Origin: the human T2T-CHM13v2.0 reference genome, Homo sapiens
DNA: 64,000 nt
Reading direction: 5' to 3' (one strand)
Assembly (NCBI RefSeq): GCF_009914755.1
Contig: NC_060935.1
How positions within the stretch are numbered: the first letter of the stretch is position 1; each line of letters begins with the position of its first letter. The notes beneath the pieces were generated by a model. It was not told where the DNA came from and did no database searches. It saw nothing but the letters and a program-made list of their open reading frames with translations. Below are positions 1 to 12,868 of this stretch, one piece after another. Both the position numbers and the translations under genes were made by a program.

Positions 1-137
1 GAATAAGTGCTATGTGGTGCTGAGAAGAATGTATATTCTGTTGATTTGGAATGGAAAGTTCTGTACATGTCTATTAGGTCCACATGGTCCAGAGGTGAGT
101 TCAAGTCCTAAATATCCATGTGAATTTTCTGCCTTGT

Positions 138-590
138 TCATCTGTCTAATAATGACAGTAGGGTGTTAAAGTCTCCTACTATTATTGTGTGGGAGTCTAA
201 GTCTCTTTGTAGGTCTCTAATAACTTGCTTTATGAATCTGGGCGCTCCTGTATTGGGTGCATATATACTTAGAATAGTTAGCTCTTCTTGTTGCATTGAC
301 CCCTTTACCATTATGTAATGCCCTTCTTTGTCTTTTTTAATCTTTGTTGGTTTAAAGTCTGTTTCATCAGAGAGTAGGATTGCAACCCCTACTTTTGCTT
401 GGTAAATATTCCTCCATCCCTTTATTTTGAGCCTATATGTGTGTCTTTGCATGTGAGATGGGTCTTCTGAATACAGCACACCAATAGGTCTTGACTCTTT
501 CCAATTTGCCAGTTGGTGTCTTTTAATTGGGGCATTTAGCCCATTTACCTTTAAGGTTAATATTGTTATGTGTGAATGTGATCCTGTCAT
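138..590 (-). pseudogene. L1 ORF2 endonuclease domain remnant, prematurely stopped
   Basis: MTGSHSHITILTLKVNGLNAPIKRH...IYAPNTGAPRFIKQV...HTIIVGDFNT. Confidence 0.93.
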
Positions 591-653
591 TATGATGCTA
601 GCTGGTTATTTTGCCCGTTAGTTGATGCAGTTGCTTCATAGTGTTCATGGTCT

Positions 654-1674
654 TTACAATTTATTATGTTTTTGCAGTGGGTGGAACCGGTTTTTCCTTT
701 CCATATTTAGTGGTTCCTTCAGGAGCTCTTGTAAGGTAGGCCTGGTGGTGACAAAATCTCTCAGCATTTGCTTATCTGTAAAGGATTTTATTTCTCTTTC
801 ACTTATGAAGCTTAGTTTAGCTGGATATGAAATTCTGGGTTGAAAATTCTTTTCTTTAAGAATGTTGAATATTGGCCCCCACTCTATTCTGACTTGTAAG
901 GTTTCTGCAGAGAGATCCGCTGTTAGTCTTATGGGCTTCCCTTTATTGGTAACCCAACCTTTCTCTCTGGCTGCCCTTAACATTTTTTCCTTCATCTCTA
1001 CCTTGGGGAGTCTGACAATTATGTGTCTTGGTTTTGCTCTTCTCGATGAGTATCTTTGTGGTATTCTCTGTATTTCCTGAATTTGAATGTTGGCCTGTCT
1101 TGCTAGGTTAGGGAAGTTCTCCTGGATAATATCCTGAAGAGTGTTTTCCAACTTAGTACCATTCTGCTCATCACTTCCAGGTCCACCAATTAAATGTAGG
1201 TTTGGTCTTTTCACATAGTCCCATATTTCTTGGAGACTTTGTTTTTCCCTCTTCATTTTTTCTAATCTTGATTTCATGCTTTATTTCATTAAGTTGATCC
1301 TCAATCTCTGATACCCTTTCTTTCACTTGATCAATTCAGCTATTGATACTTGTGTATGCTTCACGAAGTTCTTGTGCTCTGTTTTTCAGCTCCATCAGGT
1401 CATTTATGTTCTTCTCTAAACTTGTTATTCTAGTTAGCAATTCCTCTAACCTTTTTTCTAGGTTCCTAATTTCCTTGCATTGGGTTAGAATATGCTCCTT
1501 CAGCTCGGAGGAGTTTGTTATTACCCACCTTCTGAAGCCTACTTCTGTCAATTAGTCAAACTCATTCTCTGTCCTATTTTGTTCCCTTGCTGGCAAGGAG
1601 TTGTGATCCTTTGGAGGAAAAGAGACTTTCTGGTTTTGGGAATTTTCAGCCTTTTTGCACTGGTTTTTCCTCAT
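654..1674 (-). pseudogene. L1 ORF1 remnant (stops/frameshifts)
   Basis: ATG at 1674 (MRKNQCKKAEN); fragments 1336..1551 and 654..1277 (EQSLQEIWDYVKRPNL-like, KNFQPRISYPAKLSF). Confidence 0.92.
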
Positions 1675-3042
1675 CTTCTTCGATTTACCTACCTTTGGTC
1701 TTTGACGTTGGTGAACTTTGGATGCTTTTTTTGTGTGGACATCCTTTTTGTTGATGTTGATGCTATTCCTTTCTGTTTGTTAGTTTTCCTTCTAACAGTC
1801 AGGCCCCTCTGCTGCAGGTCTGCTGGAGTTTGCTGGAGGTCCACTCCAGAACTTGTTTGCCTGGGTATCACCAGCAGAAGCTGCAGAACAGCAAAGATTG
1901 CTGCCTGTTCCTTTCTCTTCTGTATGAGGAGCCAGCTGGAGCTCTTCCGTATGAGGAGTCTGTCGACCCCTGCTAGGAGGTGTCTCCCAGTCAGGAGACA
2001 CAGCAGTCAGGGACCCACTTGAGGAGGCAGTCTGTCCCTTAGCAGGGCTTGAGCACTGTGCTTGGAGATCTTCTGCTGTCTTCAGAGACACCAGGCATGA
2101 ATGTTTAAGTCTGCTGAAGTTGCACCCACAGTTGCCCCTTCTCCCAGCTGCTCTGTCCCAGGGAGATGGGAGTTTTATCTATAAGAGCCTGACTGGGGCT
2201 GCGGCCTTTCTTTCAGAGATGCCCTGCCCAGAGAGGAGGAATCCAGAGAGGCAGTCGGGCTAGAGCAGCTTCGCCGAGCTGTGGTAGGCTCCACCCATTT
2301 TGAACTTCCCAGCTGCTTTGTTTACACTGTGAGGGGAAAACTGCCTACTCAAGCCTCAGTAATGGCAGGCACTCCTCCCCAGCCAAGCTTGAGCATCCCA
2401 GGTCGACTTCAGATTGCTGTGCTGTCAGCGAGAATTTCAAGCCTGGGATCTTAGCTTGCTGAGCTCCACTGGGGTGGTACCCACTGAGCTAGACTGCTTG
2501 GCTCCCTGGCTTCAGCCCCCTTTCCAGGGGAGCAAATGGTTCTGTCTCGCTGGCATTTCAGGTGCCACTGGGGTATGAAAAAAACTCCTGCAGCTAGCTC
2601 AGTCTCTTCCCAAACAACTGCCCAGTTTTATGCTTGAAATCCAGGGCCCTTGTGATGTAGGCACCCAAAGGAATCGCCTCTTCTGTGGGTTGTGAAGACA
2701 GTGGGAGAGGCGTAGTATCTGGGCTGGAGTGCACCGTGCCTCATGGCACAGTCGCTCACAGCTTCCCTTGGCCAGGGGAGGGAGTTTCCCAACCCCCTGC
2801 ACTTCCCAGGTAAGGTGACACCCCACTCTGCTTTGTTCGCCCTCCATGGGATGCACCCACTGTCTAGCCACTCCTAGTAAGATGAGCCAGGTACCTCAGT
2901 TGGAAATGCAGAAATCATCAACCTTCTGCATTGATCTCACTGGGAGCTGCAGACTGGAGCTGTTCCTATTTGGCCATCTTGCCAGGCCACTATTCATGAT
3001 TTTTTTGTTTTTACCCTGACATCTTTGGTGCACTAGTAATGG

Positions 3043-5344
3043 TTTATTATTCCATTTTCATACTGCTATGAGGGAATATCCAATACTGGGTAATTTAAAA
3101 GGAAAAGAGGTTTAATGGACTCACAGTTTCACATGGCTGGGGAGGCCTCACAATCATGGTGGAAGGCAAAGGAGAAGCAAACACTTGTCTTACATGGCAG
3201 CAGGCAAAAGAGTGTGTGCAGGGGAGCTACCCTTTTTAAAACCATCAAATTTCATGAGACATATTCACTATCATGAGACCTGCATGGGAAAAAAGCCACC
3301 CCCATGATTCAATTACCGCCCACCAGGCCCCTCCCATCATATGTGGGGATTATGGGAGCTACATTTAAAGGTTAGATTTGGTTGGGGACAGAGCAAAACC
3401 ATATTATTCCCCCACTGGCCCATCCCAGATTCATGTCCTCACATTCCAGAACACAATAATGCCTTTACAACAGTTTCCCCAAAGTCTTAGCTCATTCCAG
3501 CATTAACCCAAAAGTCCAAGTCCAAATTCTCATCTGATACAAGACAGTTCCTTCCACCTATTATCCTATAAAATCAAAAAGTAAGTTAGTTAGTTATTTC
3601 CTAGATACAGTGGGTGCACAGGCATTGAGTAAATACACCCATTATTAATTGGAGAAATTTACCAAAACGAAGGAGCCACAGGGCCCATGCAAGTCCAAAA
3701 TCCTATAGGGAAGTAATTGAACTTTAAAGTTTTTAAATGATCTCCTTCGACTCTATGTTTCTATGTTTCACATCCAGGGAACGCTGATGCAACAGGTGGG
3801 CTCCCTCGGTGGTGGGCTCCCATGGTCTTGGGCTCCCACACACAACTGTGACTTTGCAGGGTACAGCCCCACTCCAGACTGCTTTCACAGGCTGGCATTG
3901 TGTGACTGCAGCTTTTCCAGACACATGGTGCAAGCTGTCAGTGGAATCTACAATTCTGGAGAACAGTGGCCTCTTCTCATAGCTCCACTAGGCAGCACTC
4001 CAGTGGGGACTCTGTGTGGGGGCTTCAACCCCACATTTTCCTTCTGCACTACCCTAGCAGAGGTTCTCCATGAGGGCTCAGCCCCACAGCAAATTTCTGC
4101 ATGGACAGCCAGACATTTCCATACATCCTCTTAAATCTAGGCAGAGGTTCCCAAACATCAGTTCTTGACTTCTGTGCACCTACAGCTCAACAACACAAGA
4201 AAGCTGCCAAGGCTTGGGCTTCCATCCTCCAAAACCATGGCCTGAGCTGTACCTTGGGCCCTTTTAGCCATGTCTGAAGTGGCTGGGACACAGAACTTCC
4301 AGTCCCTAGGCTGCATAGGGAAGCGAGGGCCTGCGCCTGGCCCAGAAAACCAGTTTTTTCTTTTAGATCTCCAGGCCTGTGATGGGAGGGGCTGTCACAA
4401 AGGTCTCTGACATGACCTGGAACTATTTTCCCCATCGTCTTGGTGATTAACATGGGGCTCCTTGTTACTTATGCAAATTTCTGTAGCAGGCTTAAATTTC
4501 TCCACAGAAAATGTTTTTTTTTCTTTTCTATTGCATCATCAGGATGCAAGTTTTCCAAACTTTTATTCTCTGTTTCCTCTTGATCACTTTGCTGCTTAGA
4601 ATTTATTCCATCAGTTACCCTAAATCATTTCTCCCAAGTTTAAATTTCCATAGATCTCTAGGGCAGGGGCAAAATTCAGCCAGTCTCTTTGCTAAGGCAT
4701 AAGAAGAGTTACCTTTACTCCAGTTCCCAACAAGTTCTTCATCTCCATCTGAGACCACCTCAGCCTGGAATTTATTGTCCATACCACTTTCAGTGTTTTG
4801 GTATTAGCCATTCAACAAGTTTCTAGGAAGTTCCAAACTTTCACACATTTTTGCATCTTCTTCTGAGTCCTCCAAACTGTTCTAACCTCTGCCTGTTACC
4901 CAGTTCCAAAGTTGCTTCCACATTTTTTGGTGTCTTTCCAGCAGCACCTCACTACCCAGTATTAAATTACTGTATTAGTCTGTTACCTGCTGCTATTAAA
5001 GCCACACCTAAGACTGGGTAATTTTTAATAAAAAGATATTTAATTGACTCACCATTTCACATGGCTGGAGAGGCCTCAGGAAACTTACAATGACAGTGTA
5101 AGGAGAAGCAAACACATCCTTCTTCACATGGCAGCAGGAAGGAGAAGTATCGAGCAAAAGGGGAAAAACCCCTTATAAAACCATCAGATCTCATAAAAAC
5201 TCACTCACTATCATGAGAATAGCATGTGGGTAACCACCCCCATGATTCAATTACCTCCCACCAGGTCCCTCCCATGACATGTGGGAATTATGGGAACTAC
5301 AATTCAAGATGAGATTTGGATGGAGACACAGTCAAACCATATCA
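3043..5344 (-). mobile_element. THE1C/D-type MaLR provirus: LTR ~3043-3406, internal 3407-4970, LTR 4971-5344
   Basis: Both LTRs read TGTATTAGTC...AAACCATATCA (degenerate on left) on + strand; ~1.56 kb THE1-int between them; GGTT on both flanks. Confidence 0.92.
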
Positions 5345-5394
5345 GGTTCCATACATGTGAAGACAGTAGTCACAAAACAGAACTTCAAAATTGT

Positions 5395-5419
5395 AAAAAA
5401 AAAAAAAAAAAAAAAAAAA
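5395..5419 (+). repeat. poly(A)25 tract
   Basis: Uninterrupted A run. Confidence 0.9.
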
Positions 5420-6297
5420 GGAAATGCATGCCTCCTCAATTTCTTATGGCATCAAAGTAAAGTATTGGGATATATTTTGCTTCCTAACTTGCTATGCTTT
5501 ATTCTCACAAAAATTGTCCCAGAGAAAGATGAGTCATCCTTACGGTAGTCCTCAAAGCATTCTTCTTGGCTTTATGGGTAAACTGAAATGCAGGTATAAC
5601 AGTGGATATATGTAAAATACTATCATCCTTAATGAATTTTTTTTCTCTCTCACCCCATATAGTCTCAGTCAAGGGTTCTTTCTATTCATTATTTGTAACA
5701 GCAGTGCCTTTTTTTAAACATATGAGACAACATGAAATGTCGTTTAGGAAAGTTATTAGACTTGGCATAGAGTTTTAGATTTTCAACAGTGTCAAAGACC
5801 CCAGATGTCAATAAAAAATATTATATTGAAATTAGTCTACTAAGTTCTAGGCCTGCTCATTTATTAGAGAACTAGAGACATTTATACCCAATTGTCTGAT
5901 GTATAATGGAAAAGTAAAAGTCAATATGAAAGTTTCATTTGGCATGTTGGGAATTAAGAACCCAAAGCAAAAAATTTATGTGGTTGTGTTGATGTTTTCC
6001 TTGTTGCTATTGCGGTTAATATGACTGTTTCTATTACTGTTCTTTGACAGATAATTAAGAAATTACTTAAGGATCTTTTTCAAATAATAATTAATAATCA
6101 TCAACATGCTGGCATCTCTCTGGGGATAGATGCTGTAGCAAAGATAGCAGTGAGTAAACCCAGCCATCAAGTTGAAGAAGCAGTTCAGGAACCAGATTCT
6201 TTCTTTTTTACTGGCAAAGTAGAGGAGTATGACTCTGCATTTGTTCTCTGGAAAGGTTTGCAAGCAGATAAATAAAGACAATAATTGAATAACGTAG

Positions 6298-6631
6298 AAG
6301 TGGTCCCCAACCTTTTTGACACCAGGGACTAGTTTCGTGGAAGACATTTTTTCATGGATGGTGGGTGGGTGGTGGTGATGGCTTTTCATTGAAACTTTTC
6401 TACCTCAGATCATCAGGCATTAGATTCTCATAAGCAGCGTGCAACCTAGATCCCTCACATGCACATTGCACTACAGGGTTTGATGAAAATCTAATACCAT
6501 TGCTGATCTGACAGGAGAAAGAGCTCTGGTGGTGATGCTGGCTCGCCCACCCCTCACATCCTGCTGTGTGGCCTGGTTCCTGACAGGCCACAGACTTGTA
6601 CTGGTCAAGGACCGGAGGTTGGGGATCCCTG
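6298..6631 (+). mobile_element. MER1B-like hAT-Charlie MITE
   Basis: Terminal inverted repeats (A)AGTGGTCCCCAACC...GGTTGGGGATCCCTG; ACGTAG on both flanks. Confidence 0.85.
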
Positions 6632-7044
6632 ACGTAGGCAAGTAATAATGTACTAGGCATCTTATAGTTGTAGTTGTGCTGAGTCCGGTTTAAGATAAAT
6701 TCTCATGCTATGTACCACATTCAGAACAATATGAGGAAGAAAGTGGTCCTCAAGTGAGAAAAGACCTGGGGGCCACTGGGAAAAAAAAAAAAAAAAAGCT
6801 TTGAGCCAAAAGCTAGTGATTGATAGTGCAACAAATTAGCAGGTAATGTTAACACCAAATCCATAGAATCTATATGTAAATTAATAAATGTTTCATGTTT
6901 TATAACTCATTGAAGTATTCTGAAACGTAGAAGCCTTCCGCATCCATTCTTCTTCTACCCATTAATTTTATATACCAAAAGAAAAAGACTGGACTTTCAG
7001 AAGTAAGACCTACAATCTGAGTTCATATTTGTTATCTTCTATGT

Positions 7045-7248
7045 ATGCTGCCCAACAGGGTAAACACAAGCCACATGTGGTACATATACTTACCTTTAAA
7101 TTACTTAAATTTAAAAAAATCAATTATTTAGCTATGCTATCCATATTTCAAGTTTTAAATAAGCACATGTGGCTCATGACTGCCCTATTGAACAGTGCAG
7201 ATATAGAACATTCCCATACTCACAGAAAGTTCTATGGGGCAGCACTGC
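7045..7248. mobile_element. MER3/MER33-like hAT-Charlie fragment
   Basis: AGCCACATGTGG and ACAGTGCAGATATAGAACATTCCCAT...CAGAAAGTTCTATGGGGCAGCACTG motifs. Confidence 0.65.
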
Positions 7249-7573
7249 ATACCAGGTAGGTGATACCCAAACAGCCAATGCTGCATTTCAATAACTACAT
7301 CAAATGGCTTAAGAATACTTTCTTATATAGCTCTTATATCAAGGCTACTGTTATTTGATAAACAATAAACTGTTTTCTAATAAATGGGGTAAGGGTTCTT
7401 AGATATTTAGTCTTCTTTTTATACCTAGTACATAACCAGTTAAAATCTTCTCCTCTATGAATTAAAATTTCAGTTCTTCCCCCAATATTATACCTATATG
7501 GGCTCGCAAAGATATTTATTGTCCTAAAACTCTGATCCATGACTTCAATTTCCTGAACAAAAAACTTCATTCT

Positions 7574-7866
7574 GGCCAGGCATGGTGGCTCGCGCCTGTA
7601 ATCCCAGCACTTTGGGAGGCTGAGGCGGGCGGATCACCTGAAGACAGGAGTTTGACACCAGCCTGGCCAACATGGCGGAACCCCGTCTCTGCTAAAAATA
7701 CAAAAATTAGCAGGGTGTGATCGTGTGCCTGTAATCCCAGCTACCCGGGAGGCTGAGGTAGGAGAATCACTTGAACCCCGCAGGTGGAGGTTGCCATGAG
7801 CCGAGACCACGCTACTGCATTACAGCCTGGGAGACAGAGCGAGACTCCATCTCAAAAAATAAAAAA
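7574..7866 (+). mobile_element. AluS (Sx/Sz-like)
   Basis: Full dimeric Alu with A tail; flanks share TTCATTCT. Confidence 0.95.
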
Positions 7867-8667
7867 CATTTCATTCTTACCACTTCCCTATCTCTTTCAC
7901 TTTCTCCATGAATGGCTATATATAACTGATGTGCCTGGCAATTTATGATCTTCTACAGGCTTTTCCTTACTGGGTTTTCCTGCCTTTTCTACTTCTTTAC
8001 TTCTACCAAAGTCATTCCTCCCAGGATTTCTGTTCTTTTTCACTGCCTTACCCTGCTCTTTTTTTCTCCACATAATTCTGTGCTCCTGCACACTGAAAGT
8101 AAATCAGTTATATTATTAAATATTATTGAATGCCAACTCCATATTAAGCATTGCAATATAACATTCTCCATTCCAATCAATGTTTAAGAAACCCATCAAG
8201 TCCTAAAAATTAACATTTTCACTTAAAAATTCCCTGGCCTGACACATGTACTAAATTTTCTCATTTAAACTTTGATGGTATATACTATAAGCACCCCTCA
8301 TTTAATAGTTATCTCATCATAACGTTTCATATAATATGAGTTTGTGACTAGCCACATATTATTTTCAAAAGCTAAAGTTAAAACTGAAAGAGATTGCAAC
8401 CAGGCTTTATCTGCCTTTGTGTCCTGTGTGGCCCTACACATGGCATCTTGTAATTATTAACTTGCTTTGCTCAAAACAATCATTTTAGTAATGACAATGT
8501 TGGTTTTAATTTACCATGAATACATTGCAATTTTACAAAATAACCAAAATTTGACTGTCCTTTAATCACAAGCTGTGGCCATACCTAGATATGGAAAAAT
8601 ATTTAGAGAAGACTTTCTTGGGCCAGAAAGCTCATATTTTTGCCAAACCATACAGTAGAACTTTTGG

Positions 8668-8739
8668 CTGATTCACAAATAGTTCATCTCTGATCCCTGC
8701 CAACTGATTCACGAATAGTTCGTCTCTGATCCATGCCAT
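8668..8739 (+). repeat. 36-bp tandem duplication (2 copies)
   Basis: CTGATTCACAAATAGTTCATCTCTGATCCCTGCCAA / CTGATTCACGAATAGTTCGTCTCTGATCCATGCCAT. Confidence 0.9.
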
Positions 8740-9305
8740 CTGTCTCCTACCCATTTTCTAATATCCCAACATAATCAGTGCACTCCTGTTTCAGGAGGTT
8801 ATTCAAGAATCAAAGGAAAAATGCTCAGCAGTTTTTGCTTATGGAGAGAGCACCAGTTTAGTATCACTAAGTGATCCTACTGAAGTTTTCCATACTCTCT
8901 GGGAAACAGAGGCATGAGTGAAAGAAAAGATACTAAAGGTTTTCCTTAGAGACATTCAATTCCCTAAAATGATTATATCTTTCTGCCAATTCTTTCCTTC
9001 TATTACTGGAGTAAAGGGAGGCTTAATAAAGGGATAATTGGTATGTATGGTTGTTATTGCAGTAAATTCTCAAACTGAAATTTCTCAGTAAGCCCTTTTG
9101 TGGAATACCTGGTATAAGAATGAATGTAGCAGACATAATTCTAAGGTGGCCCCATGATATTACCTTAATTGTGTTACGTGGCAAAAGGGATTTTATATAT
9201 TTAATTAAGTTTACTTAATGGATCTTAAGACATATAGGTTAAAATATACAGGTTTTCAGAGTGAATTTAATCTAATCACATGAGCCTTTAAAAGCAGAGT
9301 GTTCT

Positions 9306-9819
9306 ATACCCAAAGGACTATAAATCATGCTGCTATAAAGACACATGCACACGTATGTTTATTGCGGCACTATTCACAATAGCAAAGACTTGGAACCAAC
9401 CCAAATGTCCAACAATGATAGACTGGATTAAGAAAATGTGGCACATATACACCATGGAATACTATGCAGCCATAAAAAATGATGAGTTCATGTCCTTTGT
9501 AGGGACATGGATGAAATTGGAAATCATCATTCTCAGTAAACTATCGCAAGAACAAAAAACCAAACACCGCATATTCTCACTCATAGGTGGGAATTGAACA
9601 ATGAGATCACATGGACACAGGAAGGGGAATATCACACTCTGGGGACTGTTGTGGGGTGGGGGGAGGGGGGAGGGATAGCATTGGGAGATATACCTAATGC
9701 TAGATGACGAGTTAGTGGGTGCAGCACACCAGCATGGCACATGTATACATATGTAACTAACCTGCACATTGTGCACATGTACCCTAAAACTTAAAGTATA
9801 ATAAAATAAATAAATAAAT
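9306..9819 (+). mobile_element. 5'-truncated L1PA2 3' end with 16-bp TSD
   Basis: ORF2 C-terminus (9355..9597, ends HRIFSLIGGN); 3'UTR has GATGACGAGTTAG (GAG, not Ta ACA); TSD AAAAGCAGAGTGTTCT at 9290-9305 and 9820-9835. Confidence 0.95.
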
Positions 9820-10167
9820 AAAAGCAGAGTGTTCTCTGACTAGTAGTAGAAGAGGAAGTCCTAGAGATTTGAAAAATAAGGGATTTGATACAAAGAAGTT
9901 TATCTTTGCCTAGAAGACTAAGAGGCAGGGTTCTGAGAACAGCTGATAGCAAATGAGAGAAGTCCCAACAAGAAATCAGGGGCTTCAATGCTACGAGTAA
10001 TTGAAATCTGCCAGTAAACTAAATGAGCTTCAAAGCAACTTGTTCTCTAAAGGTGAAAGCTTCCAATAAGAACCCAGCCTGGACAATACCTTGATTTTGG
10101 CCTTATGAATCAATAAGCATAGAACCCAGTCATCTGACCTACAGAACTGAGAGGTAAATAATGAGGG

Positions 10168-12868
10168 TTTTTGTTTGTTTGTTTTGTTTTGTTTTTACTT
10201 TAGGCTCTGGGATACGTGTGCAGGTTTGTTACGTAGGTATAAATGTGCCATGGTGGTTTGCTGCACCTATCAGCTTGTCATCTAGGTTTTAAGCCCAGAT
10301 GCATGAGTTATTCGTCCTAATGCTCTTCCTCCCCTTTCCCCCCATCCCCTGACAGGCCCTGGTGTGTGATGTTTCCCTCCCTGTTCCCTTTCATGTGTTC
10401 TCATTTTTCAGCTCCCACTTATGAGTGAGAACATGAGGTGTTGAGTTTTCTGTTCCCATGTTAGTTTGCTGAGAATGATGGTTTCCAGCTTCATCCATGT
10501 CTCTGCAAAGGATATGAACTAATTCTTTTTTATGGCTACATAGTATTCCACGGTGTATATGTGTCACATTTTCTTTATCCAGTCTATCATTAATGGGCAT
10601 TTGGATTGGTTCCAAGTCTTTGCTATTGTGAATAGTGCTGCAATAAACATAGGTGTGCATGTGTCTTTATAGTAGAATGATTTGTTATCCTTTGGGTATA
10701 TACCCAGTAATGGGATTGCTGGGTCAAATGGTGTTTCTGGTTCTAGATCCCTGAGGAATCGCCACACTGTCTTCTACATGGTTGAACTAATTTACAATCC
10801 CACCAACAGTGTAAAAGTGTGCCTATTTCTCTGCATCCTTTCCAGCATCTGTTGTTTCCAGACTTTTTAATAATCACCATTCTAACTGGCATGAGATGAT
10901 ATCTCATTGTGGTTTTGATTTCCATTTCTCCAATGACCAGGGATGATGAGCTTTGTTTCATATGTTTCTTGGCTGCATAAATGTCTTCTTTTGAGAAGTG
11001 ACTGTTCATATCCTTTGCCCACTTTTTGGTAGAGTTGTTTTTTTCTTGTAAATTTGTTTAAGTTCCTTGTAGATTCTTGATATTAGACCTTTGTCAGATG
11101 GACAGATTACAGAAATGTCCTTCCATTCTGTAGGTTGCCTGTTCAATCTAATGATATTTTCTTTTGCTGGGCATAAGCTCTTTAGTTTAATTAAATCCCA
11201 TTTGTCAATTGTGGCTTTTGTTATCATTGCTTTTGGTGTTTTAGTCATGAAGCTTTTGCCCATGCCTATGTCCTGAATGGTATTGCCTAGGTTTTCTTCT
11301 AAGGTTTTTATAGTTCTAGGTTTTATATTTAAGTCTTTAATCCATCTTGAGTTAATTTTTGTATAAGGTGTAAGGAAGGGGTCAGGTTTCTATTTTCTAC
11401 ATATGGCTAGCCAGTTTTCCCAACACCATTTATTAAATAGGAAATCCTTTCTCCATTGCTTGTTTTTGTCAGGTTTGTTGAAGATCAGATGGTTGTAGAT
11501 GTGTGGTGTTGTTTCTGAGGCCTCTGCTCTGTTCCATTGGTCTATATATCTGTTTTGGTACCAGTACCATGCTGTTTTGGTTACTGTAGCCTTGTAAATA
11601 TATTTTGAAGTCAGGTAGCATGATGCCTCCAGCTTTGTTCTTTTTGCTTAGGATTGTCTTGGCTATATGGGGTCTTTTTTGGTTCTATATAAAATTTAAA
11701 GAAGTTTTTTCTAGTTCTGTGAAGAAAGGCAGTGGTAGGTTGATGGGTACAGCATTGAATCTGTAAATTACTTTGGGCAGTATGGCCATTTTCACGATAT
11801 TGATTCTTCCTATGCATGAGCATGGAATGTTCTTCCATTTGTTTGTGTGCTCTCATATTTCCTTGAGCAGTGGTTTGTAGTTCTCCTTGAAGAGTTTCTT
11901 CACATCCCTTGTAAGTTGTATTTCTAGGTATTTTATTTTCACTGTAGCATTGTGAAAGGTAGTTCACTCATGATTTGGCTCTCTGCTTGTCTATTATTGG
12001 TGTATAGGAATGCTTGTTATTTTTGCACATTGCTTTTATCCTGAGATTTTACTGAAGTTTTTTTTTTATCAGCTTAAGGAGTTTTAGGGCTGAGATGATG
12101 GGGGGTTTTCTAAATATACAATCATGCCATATGCAAAGAGAGACAATTTGACTTCCTCTCTTCCTATCTCAATACCCTTTATTTCCTTCTCTTGCCTGAT
12201 TGCTCTGGCCAGAACTTCCAATACTATGTTGAATAGGAATGGTGAGAGAGAGCATCATTGTCTTGTGCCAGTTTTCAACGGGAATGTTTCCAGCTTTTGC
12301 CCTTTCAATATGATATTGGCTATGGGTTTGTCCTAAATAGCTCTTATTATTTTGTGATATATTCCATCAATACCTAGTTTATTGAGAGTTTTTACCATAC
12401 GGGGTATTGAATCCTGCCGAAGGCCTTTTCTGCATCTATTGAGATAATCATGTGGTTTTTGTCATTGGTTCTGTTTATGTGATGGATTACGTTTATTGAT
12501 TTGCATATGTTGAACCAGCCTTGCATCCCAGGGATGAAGCCGACTTGATCGTTGTAGATAAGCTTTTTGATGTGCTGCTGGATTTGATTTCCCAGTATTT
12601 TATTGAGGATTTTCACATTAATGTTCATCAGCGATATTGTCCTGAAATTTTCTTTTTTTGTTGTTTCTCATCCAGGTTTTGGTATCTAGATGATTCTGGC
12701 CTCATAAAATGAGTTAGAGAGGAGTCCCCCTTTTTCTATTGTTTGGAATAGTTTCAGAAGGAATTATACCAGCTCCTCTTTGTACCTCTAGCAGTATTCA
12801 GCTGTGAATCCCTCTGGTCCTGGGATTTTTTTTGGTTGGTAGGCTCTTAATAACTGCCTTAATTTCAA
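10168..12868 (-). mobile_element. 5'-truncated L1PA7/8-like element (~2.7 kb)
   Basis: T-rich tail, L1PA7/8-type 3'UTR and ORF2 RT/C-terminal fragments (e.g. 12392..12628 [15 protein letters not shown]). Confidence 0.93.

Larger units (their letters stand above)
1..2990 (-). mobile_element. LINE-1 (L1PA7/8-like) 5' portion: 5'UTR, disrupted ORF1 and start of ORF2; continues beyond left edge
   Basis: Minus strand begins ...CAAGATGGCCAAATAGGAACAGCTCCAGTCTGCAGCTCCCAG (L1PA 5'UTR); ORF track gives ORF1 pieces and the ORF2 endonuclease N-terminus. Confidence 0.95.

Noticed and set aside
1492-2022. 176-aa + strand ORF
   Set aside because: Antisense to L1 5'UTR/ORF1; a common artefact.
5395-5419. 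A25 run as a retrocopy tail (also A17 at 6781)
   Set aside because: No convincing upstream poly(A) signal together with a TSD.
9306-9819. Possible active-lineage L1HS-Ta
   Set aside because: The 3'UTR diagnostic is GAG, not ACA/ACG, and the element is 5'-truncated.
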